A stretch of 64,000 nucleotides of DNA from a virus (taxonomy: Duplodnaviria > Caudoviricetes). The stretch lies in IMG/VR virus record IMGVR_UViG_3300020048_000135, positions 603-64,602 of that record. The stretch is one strand, 5' to 3'. The notes beneath the pieces were generated by a model. It was given only the letters and a program-made list of their open reading frames with translations, did no database searches and was not told the origin of the DNA. Shown here piece after piece: positions 11,552 to 26,600 of this stretch. Both the position numbers and the translations under genes were made by a program. Position 1 is the stretch's first letter; every line of letters begins with the position of its first letter.

Positions 11552-14500
11552 ATGAATAATAATAAACCCAACGATATACTTGTTGCAACAATAAATAATC
11601 CTTCAGTATCTGCATATGATTTATTATCCAGTAATGTACTAGGAGATAATACTTCATTACATACAAAAGAAGAATATAAAAGTACTAAATTTATAAAAAA
11701 TGCTTTTACAACTGATGGAAAATTTGATGAAGTTGCTTTTGATAAAATGTATAAATTAGCTTCAGATAAATATGCTGAACTAACTAATGAAGAATATATT
11801 AATAGTTTAGATGAATTAGAATATAATCCATTTGATATTACAAGACCTAAAGAAGCTAAAACATATTCCGTTGGGAGTTTTTATAATAAAGAAATAAACC
11901 CCTTTAAAGTATCAAAAGGATGGTCAGGTATAGGAAGTGTAGATGAAAGCCCCTTTTCTTTAAGAGAAATAGCTCAACAAAGTAAAGTATATGATAAAGA
12001 AACAGATACTTGATCTGAAGAATCTTTAAATGATTTATCTATTAAAGATAAATTATTTGGGGAGACTTTAGTTTATGCTCAGTATGATAATGATGGAGAA
12101 CATGAAGATCTTGAATCTGGATATATGGTCAAACATAAAAAAGGAGATTGAATAGTAAATAAAGAAGGTAATATCTTTACTGAAAAATTAGGTAAAAGAG
12201 AGATTTATGGGAAACAAGTAGTAAATCCTTCTGATATAATGACTACTGATGGAAGTATATTTGATAAATTTAATTTCTTTGATTCTGATGATAGAGAAAA
12301 ATCTATTGCTGGAACTAGTTTTAAATTAGCTGCTCAAATTGCCCCATATGTAATACCTGGAGTTAATTTTTATTATGGAGGGGTTACAGCAGCAATAAAT
12401 CTAGCTGCAGTATTACCGACCTTTTATAAAGCGTTAGAAGGTATGTTGTTAGGAGATAAAGTAACTGGAGCTACTAAATTAGCTACTGCAGGAGAAAATT
12501 ATTTAGCAAAATTTGTTCAGAATAGTATATCTGATGAATCTCAAGATTCTTTATTTAATTATGAACAAATGGGACAGTTAGTTACATCTGTGTTTGCTCA
12601 AATATATCAACAAAGGGCTGCTGCTAGTTTAGCTACTATTGTAAAAAGTCCTAAAAATCAATTATTCGATAAAAAACTTAAAGAATTATTAGATGAACCT
12701 AATAAAAATTTTATTAAAAACAATTGAAAACTTAAACTTAAAGGCGTTGAGATAGGTGAAGAAGCAGAGAAAAAAATATATGCTTCAATGGCTGAAAAAA
12801 TTCCTGGCTTAAAAGAGTTAAGAGAACAACAATCTCATATGGCAAAAGCTTTTAATCTTGGTTATATGGCTATGGTTACAAGTGCTGATATTTATGGAGA
12901 AGCGATAGAAGGAGGGTACGATAGAAGAACAGCTGGTTTTGCAACTTTAGCAGCAACAGCTGGACAATACGGGATAATGATGAATAATGAAATGGGAACT
13001 TGGTTTTTAGATAAAACTACTGGCTATGATATTAATACTAATAAAGTATTAACAAGAAAAGCTATTAAAGACTTTTTACCTGAAATTAAAAAAGCATTTC
13101 AAGCTAGATCTAAAGACGGGCAAAAAATTGCTTTATCTAAAAGTTTTAAAGGAATTAAAGAAAAGTTTAATGATATATTCTTAAATCCATCTGAATTAGG
13201 AGAAAATCTTTTTAAGCATTCTATAGTAGAAGGTGTGGAAGAGGTTACAGAACAATTAGTTTTAGATTCTACTAAAGGTATGATAGATGTAATGAGTTAT
13301 TTAGGACTTACAAAAAATCAAGGATCTTTTGGAGGATTTGACAATGTATTTAGTAAAAAAGGATTAGAAAATTACCTTGCAAATTTAGTAGGAGGTATGA
13401 TAGGTGGGCCATTATTTGAATATAATTCTACTAAAATAGAGCCAAAAATTAATTCTTTATTTAAAAATAAAATAGTACAACCAGAAGTAAAAACTTCGAT
13501 ATATCAATTAATTGGGAATGGCAAAACTAATGAGTTAATAGCAGAAATAAATAAACAACGTAAGTTTTTAGGTAATAATTTTATTAATTTAGCCTCAGTA
13601 GAAGGAGATGTTCAACCAGCAGAAAAAGTCGGAAAATCAGAAGCTGATATAATAGCCGACAATGCTATTGGAATTGTTAAAATAATAGAAGGGATAATGA
13701 ACTCTAATGCATTAGTTAAAACTAATGAAGAAATTGTTCAAAAAGCTTTTATAGATCATTTAGTTATAGAAGGTCTGGAAAAAGCAAAAGAAAATTTTTC
13801 TACTGGAGTAGAGGGTCTTGTATTGAATGATTATACTAAAAATTTAGATCTTTTGGTAGAAAAAAATCTAGAAATTTTAGAACTTCAAAAAAATACAACA
13901 GAAGCCTCTAATAATGAGTCTATAAAACAGTTAAAAGAAGAAGCTTCTGTTTATAAAAATAATATTAATGATATTTTAGAGGGTAAAAAAGCCCAGCATT
14001 ATTTTGATAGAGTTGTTACTTATTTTAATAAAGATCTTCTTAATTCATTTGTTGCCGTTGATAGAGATTCTTACGCTAAAATAAAATATAAAAAAAGTTA
14101 CTATGATATGCCAGAAACTGGTATAGGCTTTACTAAAGAAAAAGTTAATAAGGAATGAAAAGAATACAAAGATTCTGGAGACATAGTTAAAGACTTAGAA
14201 GTTGCTGTAGAAGCAATTTTAAATCTTGAGCAATTAAGCAATGAGGCTGTAACTAAATTTTCTGAATCTGGATATGATGTTCAAAGAATAAAAAGTGGAA
14301 AAGATCTTATTAATATGATTGCAACTAATTCTTTATTTTCTACTGAAAAAGAAAGTAAAGGCGCCTCTTTTGCACAATTTTTAGAAATGTCAAAAACTCT
14401 TGGTAAAAAAAGTGGTAAGAAAATACTTCCTTGAGATGTAATAACAACTAACTTTTTTGAAGGATTGTTAAATAATAATTTCATTATTAATTCTAATACT

Positions 14501-17500
14501 AATGAAACTATTACCCCAGAATCTTTAGAACAAGTAGTAGAAATTGAAGGCAATAAGACTACAAAAAAAGAAATTCTAAAAGATTCAGTTAACGATGTAC
14601 TAGCTTTAATTCCTGCGGATAATATTAATATAGAAGTTTTTGCAAAGACATTTAATGAATTTACAAATAAAGTAAATGAAGATTTTAATAAGGAAATAGA
14701 AAGACTTAGTATTGATAAAAATATCCTAACTTCAAAATTGGAATCAAAAAATGGAACAGAGCGCACACAAATTGAAAATGAAATAAGTGAAATAGACCAA
14801 AAAATAAATGATATAAATTATAAAAAACTTAATGCACATGTTCTTTCAGGATTTCAGTTTACAAATGGTCAAAAAAATAAATTAAATATATTAGAAGACA
14901 ATTTAAAATCAGAATTAGAATTTCTTAAACTTACTAAAGAAAAAGAATTTTTAAAAAAATTAAAAGACAAAAAAAACTTAGAATATGATTCTGGTAAAGT
15001 ATTAACAGATGTAGAATCTATAATAACAGAAAAAATAGATGGTAAAAAGAAAAAAACAAAAGATATAATAGAAGAACTTTCTCAATATCTTGCAAATAAT
15101 GAAGTTTTTAATAAAGAAGTTTTACATACAACTCTTAATTCTCCAACTGGAAAAAGTACCGATAAAATAAAACGAGTAGTTACTGCTTTAAAGAAGGATG
15201 AAAGTTCTTTTAGTAATTACAACTCTGTTATGAAGAATCATCAAGATTCCCTGCAAGTTATAGAAAATGAAAAATCTTCTTTAGAAGAAATCAACTATCT
15301 ATTCCATGCTTTATTAAAAGAATTTAAAGAAGGAAATAGAGATGGAGAAATATTAGAATTACTTAATAAAACTTATAATAATAGTTTTGAATCATTATCA
15401 AGTATGAATGTTTCAAAAGTATTTAAAGATGAAGAGTTACTGGAAGTTTTAAAAGTTACTTCAAATGATTTATCACTTTTAAATAATTTATTTACTAAAT
15501 GATCCACGTATGTTGTAGTAAGAAATGATGTTGAAAGTGGACAAAACCCAGAAGAGTATTGAAAAGAAATAGGCAACATTATAAATTCTATTAGCAATGA
15601 AAATGTTAAAAATAAAATTTCCAAAGTAATTAAAAAAGATTCTGAAGGATTAAGTACAAGAGAAGAATTGCAGAAAATAAAAAATGTAGTTACAAATATG
15701 CTTGATTTTAAAATTAATAATAAATCAGACATTGAAGTATTACTTAAATCAGAAGAAATATTTTCTAAAAGTAATGAATTTATATCTAATTCTATATATG
15801 ATTTTGTAAAAGAATTTTCTGTATCTTTGAATAATGATTCAAATCCGCAAATTATAAAACTTTTTGATATACTTAAAAATGAAGAATATTCACTACGTAA
15901 AGCATCTGATGCCTCTAATTATTTATCAGATGGAGTTAATATTAAAGTGCTTCAACAGGGAATAGATACTTTAAAAATGCTTAAATCTGTTGTCAATGGT
16001 TTTAGTACGACTACAATAGATCTTAATAATCCTTATGGCTTCATAGCATTAAGACAACAATTTGCTAAAGCAAATAATACTAAATCTGATGTTTTAAAAT
16101 TAAAAACCATAAATTCTGATACTGCAGGATTGATTAATAATGATATTAAAAGACTTGAAAATAAATTAGGTTTTATGAAAATACTATTATTAGGGAATTC
16201 TGGCAAAATGTATGAAGAAGAAGAAGAAATTAGAGCAAAAACTAATGATCTACTTCTTAATCATTGAAAAGAAATATCTAAACTAAATATTAAATTAGCT
16301 GGAAATTCGGTAATAGATGATTTAGATAGTATTATAGTAAATAAATCTTGGTCTAATGAAAAGAAACTTATGGCTATAGGAGAGTCTTTTTATGAAAAGC
16401 ATAAAAATATATCAACTCAAGATAGAAAATCTTTTCTTGCAGATTTAAAAAAATCTCTACCTTATAAAAATAATGCTATTAATATATATAGTAAAGATGG
16501 AAGTAATATTATAAATAAAGATGTTAAACAAGTAAGTAATAATGATTTTATTTTATACCTAGCTTCTAACCTTGTTATAAATTCAAAAGATTTTAATATA
16601 AGGTTAAAACAAGCTCTTGAAGGTGAATTTGACAAATCTCCATTCTTTACACAAGAAATTGCAGCCCAAATAGCCTATGCATCTATTGTTGATCCTGAAT
16701 TATTTCAAGAATTGGCTAAACCTGATAATGATAATATTATAAATACTGAGAGAATTACTTATTTACTTGGCAATACAGGAACTGGAAAAACTACTGTAGA
16801 AGCTAAGCTTTTAATAAATTTACTTAAAAATAATAATCCAAATTTAAAAGTATGATTTGCAGCTCCTTATAAAGACCAAGCTGAAAAATTAGAAAGAGAA
16901 GCTCTTTTGGGAATGGATACAAAATCCTTTACTAAAAATACACTTAGTAAAAAAGAAGTTTTTGAAGCTTTGGGAGTTGCTGATATTCATAATAATATTA
17001 ATAATCCAGCTAATAATGTAATAAATTATAAAAATGGATATTTAACTGTAAATAAAGAAGCGTACGAAAATATTACAATAGCTGAAAATTTACCTAATAT
17101 ACTTTTTATAGATGAGATAACTCATTTTGGTGCTCATGAACTTTATTTATTAAATGAAGTTTCTAAAAAAGCATTAGAACAAGGAAAAATACTTAAAATA
17201 GTGGGAATAGGAGATATTGCCCAAAGTGGATATGAATTTCAAGGCTTGTCTTTTAATGCAGATTATGTATCTGGTATATTTGCTCCTAGGCTTTCTTTAA
17301 CCGTAAGGGCTTTAAATATACAACAAAGATCAAATGCAGATTATTTATCCGCTTTGGCAAATACTACACGTCAATTATGAGAATCTACAAATGATGATAA
17401 AGTTATATTAGATATTATAGGAAAAGGAGTTTCCTTATCATCGTATACAGACAATGAAATTTTAAATGGAAGTTTGTTAATTAAGAAAGATCCAGGCTCG

Positions 17501-20500
17501 AATAATCCTGAAGAATCACCTAAGGCAACTATTCCTGATAATGTTTTAAAAGTATTATCCAAAACAATTCAAAAAAATAGTAATACAAAAATAGCTATAT
17601 TAAATGATTCTTTAGATCTTTCAGATGATTTATTAGATGCTTTTGCTAAACATGGTATTACTGATTCAAACTATAAAATATACAGTCCTAGTAATATACA
17701 GGGAGCTGAATCGGATTATTTTATTTTTAGTACTTCTTTGATAAATCCTAAAACTACTTTAGCTTCTAAAATAAGAGCTTTAAATACTTATATTACAAGA
17801 GCAAAACATGCAACAATAATATTAAATGATGCTCCTGAAAATCTGCCTTTTGAATTAATTGAAAAAATAGATGATTATCCAAGATTTATTGACCCGCTTA
17901 CAGAAGAGGTAATAAAAGAAAATAAACAGTCTAGAATAAAAGCTTTAACAGAACTTTTGGGAGAAGATTTAAAAATAAAGTATGATTATTTTAAATTTGA
18001 AAGTGATAAGGTAGAAGAAATTAGTCCCAGTAAAGAAGAAGGTATTAGATCTTTAACTCTTAAGGCTGAAGATAAATTACCTGAATGGGAGACTAAAAAT
18101 ATACCAATTTCTAGTATGAAAGATATAAAAGATTCTTATATGATACACACTTTTTATAATGATTTAAACGCTACTAAAGTACATCATGCTGCTGAAGATA
18201 AGTATTCCTTACAAAAAAAAGAAGGATCTTTTTATGGCTTAAATACAGGAAAAGTAACTGAGGCTGAACTTGATGAAATTATAAATAACTATGTTAAGTT
18301 AAAAAATAATATTTTATTAAATAAAGGACATGATGAAGATTTTCATATAAATGGAAAAACTGTATGAGGAACTACTAAAGGAGAATTTGTAATACGTAAA
18401 AGTACTTATGATTCATCTTATAATAATCCATATAAAAAACTTTATGGAAATCCCAGTCAAATGCTTACAACTGGAGAAGTTTTTGTAAATCTTTTTTACA
18501 AAGTAAAAAATGTTAGAGATGATATTGAATATATACATTTAGCGACATTCCCAAAATTAACTACATTAGAGAATAATTTAGAAGGAGGAGCAAATTCTGA
18601 ATTATATAAAAAGTATAAAGAATTTATGGGCAGTACTAATCAAGAAGTAGTTGTAGATAAAGATTCATTTACTATACATACTTCTACCAGATTAGTAACA
18701 CATGAGGATGCTAAAGTACCTAGAGAAGAATTTACAATAGAAGCTTTGAAGAAAATTCCAGGTATAAGGTTTTTTAGTACAAATACTAATAGTTTTGTAG
18801 ATTCTCCTGAAATAAATTTATACCCAAATAGAAATAGCCCCACTGGATTTTCTGATTTCGTAAATTTATACAGAAAAACATTATTTAATAAAGAACCTAC
18901 TAATGAGGAATTTAAGAAAATGTTTGAAATGTATGCTGGAAATGCTTATATAGTAGTATCTTTTATGCCAAAAGGTATAAATAAAGGAACTGAAAAAAAT
19001 AGTCATCTTCAAATAATACCTTTAAAAGCAAAACAAAGACCTTTTGAAGAAGTTGTAAAAATAATACATAACTTTAAAAGGCTAAAGGATAAAAAAGAAA
19101 AAAACCCAGAATATTCTGTAATAAAATCATTATTTAGTGGGTCTCAAATTTTAGACTTACTTATCTTACTAGCTGAAAAAAGACCAGATTTATATACTAA
19201 ATTATTTGAGCCTAATAATGATATTTTAGATGCTCAAAATAAATGAAATGAGTTGGATAATAACACAAATGCTACCGTTAAGGCATTTATAGAAGAGTAT
19301 TATACAGTCATGAAAATTGATGTTAATAAATATGGAAATAGTTTAATATATAGATTAGGATATACTAATAAACATTTAGTTGAAGTATTTACTCTTATAT
19401 TACAAACTGTTAAAGATGCTCAAAAAGTAAATAAAAGTATTGATAAAAAAGCTCTTAAAAAAGCTTTAGTAGAAAAAATTAAAATACAATCTTCTACTCC
19501 ATGATTTCATGATTTTTGACATTTGTTTCAATTACAAAATATGTTTGCTAATATGTCTGAAAGAACTGATATTTTAACAGGTTTGTCTGATTTTGCAAAA
19601 ACTATGAGTTCTACATTAAGTGAAATTACTAAATTTTTTGAAGAAGAAATAAAAATAGCTGGAAAATATGTAACTGGAATTTATTATAATCCACCTATAC
19701 ATGGTAAGGCAGGTAGTGATGGAAATTTAACTTTGGATAAAAGTGCAGAAAATTTAAATATGGAATATCTTTATACTGATTTAGCTCCAGAAAGTCCTTA
19801 TTTATTATTAAAAACAGATTTTATTCAAGAAGGAGGATTAGTAATTGATTCTAGTATTAAAACTGCTGAAACTGCTGAAACTGCTGAAATTATTGAAGAA
19901 GATTCAAATATAAATTCAAGTACAGATGTAAAAGTAGATGAACAAATTGAAATAAATAGTCCTAATGTATTAAAAGAATCTGAAATTGAAAATATTTCTG
20001 AGCCTGTTAAAACTAATGAAAAAGTTATTACAGAAACTGCTAAACAAAAAAAGAAAAGACTTGAAGAAGAGGCTAAAAAATTACCACAAGAATCTAAAAA
20101 TGTTCAAGCTGAAATTCAAACTCCAATTGATGCATTAAAACAAAAAGTAATAATGAATACTTTTTATTCTAATATATTTAAACCTTTAAATGATTCTTTA
20201 GAAGAGTGGGCTCTTTTAGATAATAATTTAAAAAAATTAAAAGGATTATTAGATAGTTATAATATTAAAATTGAAAATACTGATAGTATAGTTTCACATA
20301 TATTAAATCTTTTAACTTCTATTGCTAATACAACAGACTCTAAAAACTTATTTAATTACTGAGTAAAAACCAGAGAATATCAATTAAAAGCTGAGCTAGA
20401 AGGTAAGGATAAAGATACTTGAATGATTGAATTTTTTAGAGGGACTGATTTTAATGATTTTTATAATAATATAAAAACATCTGGAAATCAAGAAGGTAAC

Positions 20501-20614
20501 TTTTTAGAAAATCTAAAAGATTTAATGTTTGATTCCTTAAATACTACTGATGGAACAGAGCTTGGAGAATATGCAAGCTTCTTAGATGATAAACTAATAA
20601 AAAATTGCAATTAA
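11552..20614 (+). CDS. 3020-aa giant virion protein with SF1 helicase-like domain; TGA=Trp
   Basis: One frame with 16 TGA and no TAA/TAG until 20612. Motifs: Walker A GNTGTGKTT (16769-16795), Ia WFAAPYKDQA, Walker B LFIDE (about 17102-17116), III GDIAQ, V IQGAESD, VI YITRA. Confidence 0.85.
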
Positions 20615-20615
20615 C

Positions 20616-23600
20616 ATGATTGTCTGCACACCTGATAGGCAAAAAGCCTTTTTAAATAATATAAAGAGACAAAAAATTATTAATCTACAAACTATAATAG
20701 ATTTTGCTAAAAGTTATTTAAAACTTGATGATAATATAACTAAATTATCAGAAATATTAGATTCTTTCTCTACTGAAAAAGAGGAATTTATAAATTATTT
20801 ACAAACTATAGCTAATATTTCTATTAAGGAAACTAGTGAAGGAGAGATGGCAATAAAGGGGCCTAAAAAGCCCCAATCTCCTTCTAATGTATCCCCTAAT
20901 TTTATAGCTGCTAATGTAGATTTATTATTTACGGAAATGCATATTGCACATTTGCATTTTAAACAAAATACAAATAAGCTTTTGTTATCAGCTGCTTATA
21001 TTGGAGACAAAGATAAAGATACATATGCATCAGATTCTGAAATTACAGAGAATATGAATTCTTTAAAAAATGATCTTTTTATTGAAATTGTAGACTATTT
21101 AGTACTTCAGGGTATATTAAAAAAAGAAGATTATTTTGAAGATATAAAAGTAGGTGAAAATATTGTTAGAAAATCTTTAATAAAGCTTTTTGACAGTTCA
21201 GGATTTAATCCTCGCGCTTATAAAAATCATTATAAATTAGTAATGAATTTATTAGAAAATCATTTATTATCTGATTCAGATGCCATTGTTTCAGTCCCAA
21301 ATTCAAATCAAAAAATACCAGCATTATTTGGTCCTTTAGAAGATCCCATAGCAAAGAAAAAATATGATGTATATAATGCAGCTATATTACTTTTAAATTT
21401 TGATACAATTGTTTTATCAGATTTTGAAAAAATATTAGGAGTAGATAAAACTACTTTTAATACATTTGATCAACCTTTAAATGGTTTTAAATATTTTAGA
21501 AAAGTAAAAGGTTTAGAAACTGCCTATTTTAAAGAAGATGGGGTAACTACTGGAGGAGTAGAAGAATTTGAAAGTAAACTTTCTCATAGTTTAGTATCTA
21601 TAATTCCAATATATAGTGCTGATAAAATACTTACAACTAACTTCATGGAAATGAGAGATTTGTATGGATTAGGATCTAAACTTAATGATTTTCAAACTAA
21701 AAACTTTGTGACTTTATCTAAAATAGAAGATTGAACTACTTTAGAAGAAGATCCTATAAGAATGTTGAATTGATATAGTGATAGAATTATAGAGGCTTAT
21801 GGAAAAGAATTTTTAACTACAGCAAGTACACAAGATTCTTTATCAGCCTCATTTTGAGAAGATTTTAGGTATAAAGTAAATGTTGTAGTATCTTTAAAAG
21901 ATTTTTTAAAAGAAATAAAGATTAAGGAAGAAAATTCTACTAATTTTTCTATGGCTAGAATTATTACTCAGCCATTGGTAAATTCAATTGGAGCTGTATA
22001 TTCTACAGATGGAGTTGACAAACATTGAAGAAGTTATAAGGAAATGCACGCTCATAATTCTGAAAGGGTGCAATTACAAGAATCTATATATGGACATTTA
22101 AAAAATAAACTATCTAATTGGGATAAAGTATATTATAATAAGGAAACTTTAAGACAAACTCTTAAAAACTTAGATACTGCTTCTTTAAGAAAAGTTATAA
22201 ATAATTTAACTGGAATTTATTTAGACACTAATTCATTAAAAAATTTATTAGAAAAATGAACTTCTAACAAAGGTATAGGAAGAGATTTAACTTCAGAAGA
22301 AAGATTAGAGGCCATTGTAGGAAAAATTCATGACATGATTTTAAAAATATTTCCAGAAACTGAGGAAATAGAAGTCATTACTAAAGCCACTAAAGAGACT
22401 CCATCAAAAACTATAAAAGTTACTAAGGGATTATATAAAGGAAGTTTATTTGAAGCCATAGCTAAAAATGAATTAAATATAGAAAAACTTAGTTATGATC
22501 AAGTAAATACTACTAATGATGTAATATCTACTTTATCAAGTTCTACATCTTTAGGAGCTATATTAGATGAAAAATTAAAATCAGTAAAAGCTATAGTACT
22601 TACTAAAGTTTCAAAACAAGATGGAAAACCTATTCCTACTTCTGTTATACCTAGTCTAGGATTTAATGATTCAGCTTTATTATTAGAAAGACTAAGATTA
22701 GAAAGGAATGAGAAAGACAGACTTTATAAAAATTATTTTGTAAATAACGGAGGTTTAAAAGGAACTGTAATAAGATTAGAATCTTTAAGTGGAGAAGATG
22801 CCAAAGATGCAGCTTTATTAAATGTAGTAGAAAATTTTACTTCTCATTTTGAATTCGATTTTTTAGAGTCTTTAAAAATACTTCCAGAAGGAAGTACTGC
22901 TATTGACGATGTTAATATAATGATTGGTAATTATGCTGATAAATCTAGAATTTTAGATAAAAGAGTCTCAAATAAAGCTTCTTTAAATGGATTGGCTATA
23001 ATTAAATCTACTTCTCCAGCTGCAAAATTATCACTTGAAAAAAGTGTAAATGTAATGGATTCTGAAAAAGTTTGGGAAGAAAGTAGAAAACAATCTTTAA
23101 ACTATTATACTGATTTATCTATAAGTCTTATAAATACTTACTTAGAATTAATACCTAATTTAATACCTAAAAAAAGTATAGGAAAAAAAGAATATTTCTT
23201 TAATACTGATGATGGGACAGCTAAAATAGACTATGTAAAAATAAAAAAGCTTTTAAAGCAAATAAATAATCATATAAAAGGAATAGATTACAATAATTTT
23301 TTAAAAATAACTAATTCTCTCAAAGGAGATTTTGTAAAAGAATTACACTATTCTGTGTATAAAGAAGGTGATGTGTCTAAGATTTCTTTAAATCAAACTA
23401 TTTTAGATTATTTAGATATATATTCAGATCCTCTTATATTTGATAAATTTGTAGAAAGACAAAGAGAATCTTTTTTATACAAAATATTAGATTATAAACC
23501 AAGTGGTATTTTAATGGATGCTCGTTCTGCTACAAAATTATCTAGTTCAAAAGATGGATATGATGAAAACATAATGAAAATGATGGTGCATTCTATAGGA

Positions 23601-26600
23601 TATGATTATGGTGATTATAAAACTTTCTTTGTAGAAGATGTTAAAGAGAATATTGAAGAAGAAGAAATATCTGGAGATATAAATACTATAGAAAATGAAT
23701 TAGAAGAAATTGATACCGCAACAGGAAATCATAGAATGTATATTGTTACAAATGGTAAAATAATATTAAATCCATTAGTAGAAAAATGATTATCTGTTAA
23801 TGAATTTTTTAGAAATGAATATTTATACATGTCTATAAAACCAGACTATATGCATCCAGCTAAATCTCTAGAGGATAGAAGTAAAAATGTTACTATAGAT
23901 GATTTTTTAGATAGTTTTTCTAAAGAGTCGGGTTTAAGATTAATCGGTATGGCTAAACGTAATGTTTCTATGACAGGTTCTACAGAATTACCTACTAGAG
24001 GAAGTAGGATTGGTACTCCTGACAATGTTAATGTAGCTGTTATAGATGATCGTAAATCTAATATACCCCTAATTTCTGGAAAAAATGTTAAGCAAGCTCT
24101 TCATGATGGAAGTACACTACTTACATATTCTTATTCTAAAATGATAGACCATTCCTATCAAGGAAAGGGTATGGAAGGAGCTAAAAAACAATTAGCTACT
24201 TTTATAACAGAGTTTGGAAGCGCTCTTAAAAAAGATGCTGAAAGTGATATAACTAATGCCAGTATTAGAAATTCTAATAGATCTGAAACAAAATTAAGAG
24301 ATAAGCAATTTCAAGCTCATTCAATACCTATTTTTATAGATAATTTTGATTCTGGAGTTATTAGAACCAATAATACATTTTTTAAAGACGGAGACTATTA
24401 TGCTATTAATAGTTATATTATTAAAGATAATGAAGTTTCTTATCATATGTCCAAATATGATCACATAAATAAAATTTGGGTAAATATTGGCAAACAATCT
24501 CCTGTTATAATTAAAAATTTATTTGATTTTTGAGAATTATTTGGAGGAGAAAATTCAGTAGATGAGAATTTTGAATTTAATGAAGGATCTAATGAAAGTG
24601 TTTTTTCTTTAATAACGAGTTATAAAGTTAAAGAAGATAGTCCTTATATGACTAGACTAAAAGAAGTGGATTTTAATACCAAAGAACTTGCAGAAATAAA
24701 AGCTACTAATGGTTATATTTTAAAAAGTAAAATGATTCATATTATAGCTAATCACAGTGGTTTTAAATCTGGAGCAAGTAATTTACATGGATCGGATTAC
24801 TGAACTAATGCTGAAAAATTAAAACATACTACTTATAGAAATAGGCATATGGGTATTCAATTAGATCCAACCCATGAAATAGAAAATTCTAAAATTAAAG
24901 AAGTCACTCAAATGATTTCTGCATTATCTCAAAATCCTGATACAGCAGCACAAGCTGAAGAAATGTATCAAACATTAGCAGACATAATTGAAGATTCTAT
25001 CAAAAGAACTTATAAAAAAGGATATTTTACTCAAGAAAGAAATTTAAAAGATCTATATAAAACATTATCAAATAGTTTAATAAGATCTTTAAACAATTCT
25101 GCAAATGTTGGATTAGCCAAAACTATTGCCCAAACATTTGAACATGGTCAATTATTACCTTTTAGTAATCAAAATTTCTTCAGAGATTTTATAAAAGATT
25201 TAGTAGTTAGAATGAATAAAGATTTTATTACTAGGTATTATCAAGGAACTGGGGGTATATTACTTGCTTCTCATGGAATAATAACAGTTTTAGAAAACAG
25301 CAAAGGAGAAGTATTTTCTCAAGGAGATGTTAGAGAATTAGCCATTAAACATTATAACAATAATAGATCTTCTTATGGTCTTAATACTACTACTGAAGGT
25401 ATAATTAACACTTATATAGAAACAATGTTTGCAGATGAATTAATAGATGCAGAAGAATTGCAATTATTAGACTCTGTTAATATTAACGGCCAAATTCAAA
25501 AACTGGATACTATAGAAAAATACTATGCTTTTAAGGAAACTTATAAAGGACTAAAAGTAAATAAATCTAGAAAAACTTCTAGAGATTTAAAACCTATAGA
25601 AATTTCTTATTCCATAAAAAGACTCTTTCAAAATGAAGAAGGTTTAGTAGAAGAAAAAATTGTAAAAAGAACATTATGGGATTCAATTCCTATGAAACTT
25701 AAATTTTTAAAATATTATTCTACTCCGGAATTGGTAAATTTAATGAATCAATTTAAAATAAAATTCAAAATAGATGAATCTACTTTAGAAGGTAAAAAAA
25801 GACTTGATTTAATGTTAAATTTATGGCTGCACAGAGAAAATCAAATGTTATCTAGAGGTAGAAGCTTATATGATATTACTGAAAGTATGTTTACTGTAAA
25901 TGGAGTTACAGATTTTGATAAATATTTTGGAATTGATCCTAATACTAAAGAAATTAAGGATGATCTTTCATCTATTGTAATAGAAGATTATATAGATCAT
26001 TATAACACAATATCTTCTGAATTAGTTACATATAATAAGAAGGCTGCAGAATTAATTATGGCTAATATATATTCTGAAACATTTGATACTGGTAAAGATA
26101 GTATTGGATTTATTAGGGATAAAGGAAGTGAATATTTTAAAGAAAAACTTAGAGAGTATTATAAATATGATAGTACTATAAAAGCTGATTTTAAAATTGC
26201 CACAAAAGAAAGAGATATATATGTAAGATTTGTTCCTAAAAATGAATTACCTCAAGTAGCAGCTAGTAAATTAAAAGGGTTTATAATAGATGATTTTGAT
26301 GAAGATGGAGCTCCTAAAAAAATGAGAGCTGGATCTTTTGGAGAAATTTTATATGAACTTCCTAAACATTCTGTAGTAAATATATTGCCAGACTATGATG
26401 TATTATATATAGAATCTGGAGAAAGAGAATCAATAGTAGCAGAAGAAGAAAGTACTGGAATAAGTAAATCCATAAAAAAGTTTATTCCTTATAAAAATAT
26501 TAATTGGACTTTAGACGAACTTTTAAAATCTTTCGACTCTAATGTAAAAGCTATAGTCCCTATAATGAATAATTATATAAAAGACGATACTAAACTATTA

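Noticed and set aside
19862-19888. (ACTGCTGAA)x3 tandem repeat
   Set aside because: It encodes TAE x3 in a low-complexity linker. It is too short to be a CRISPR or contingency locus.
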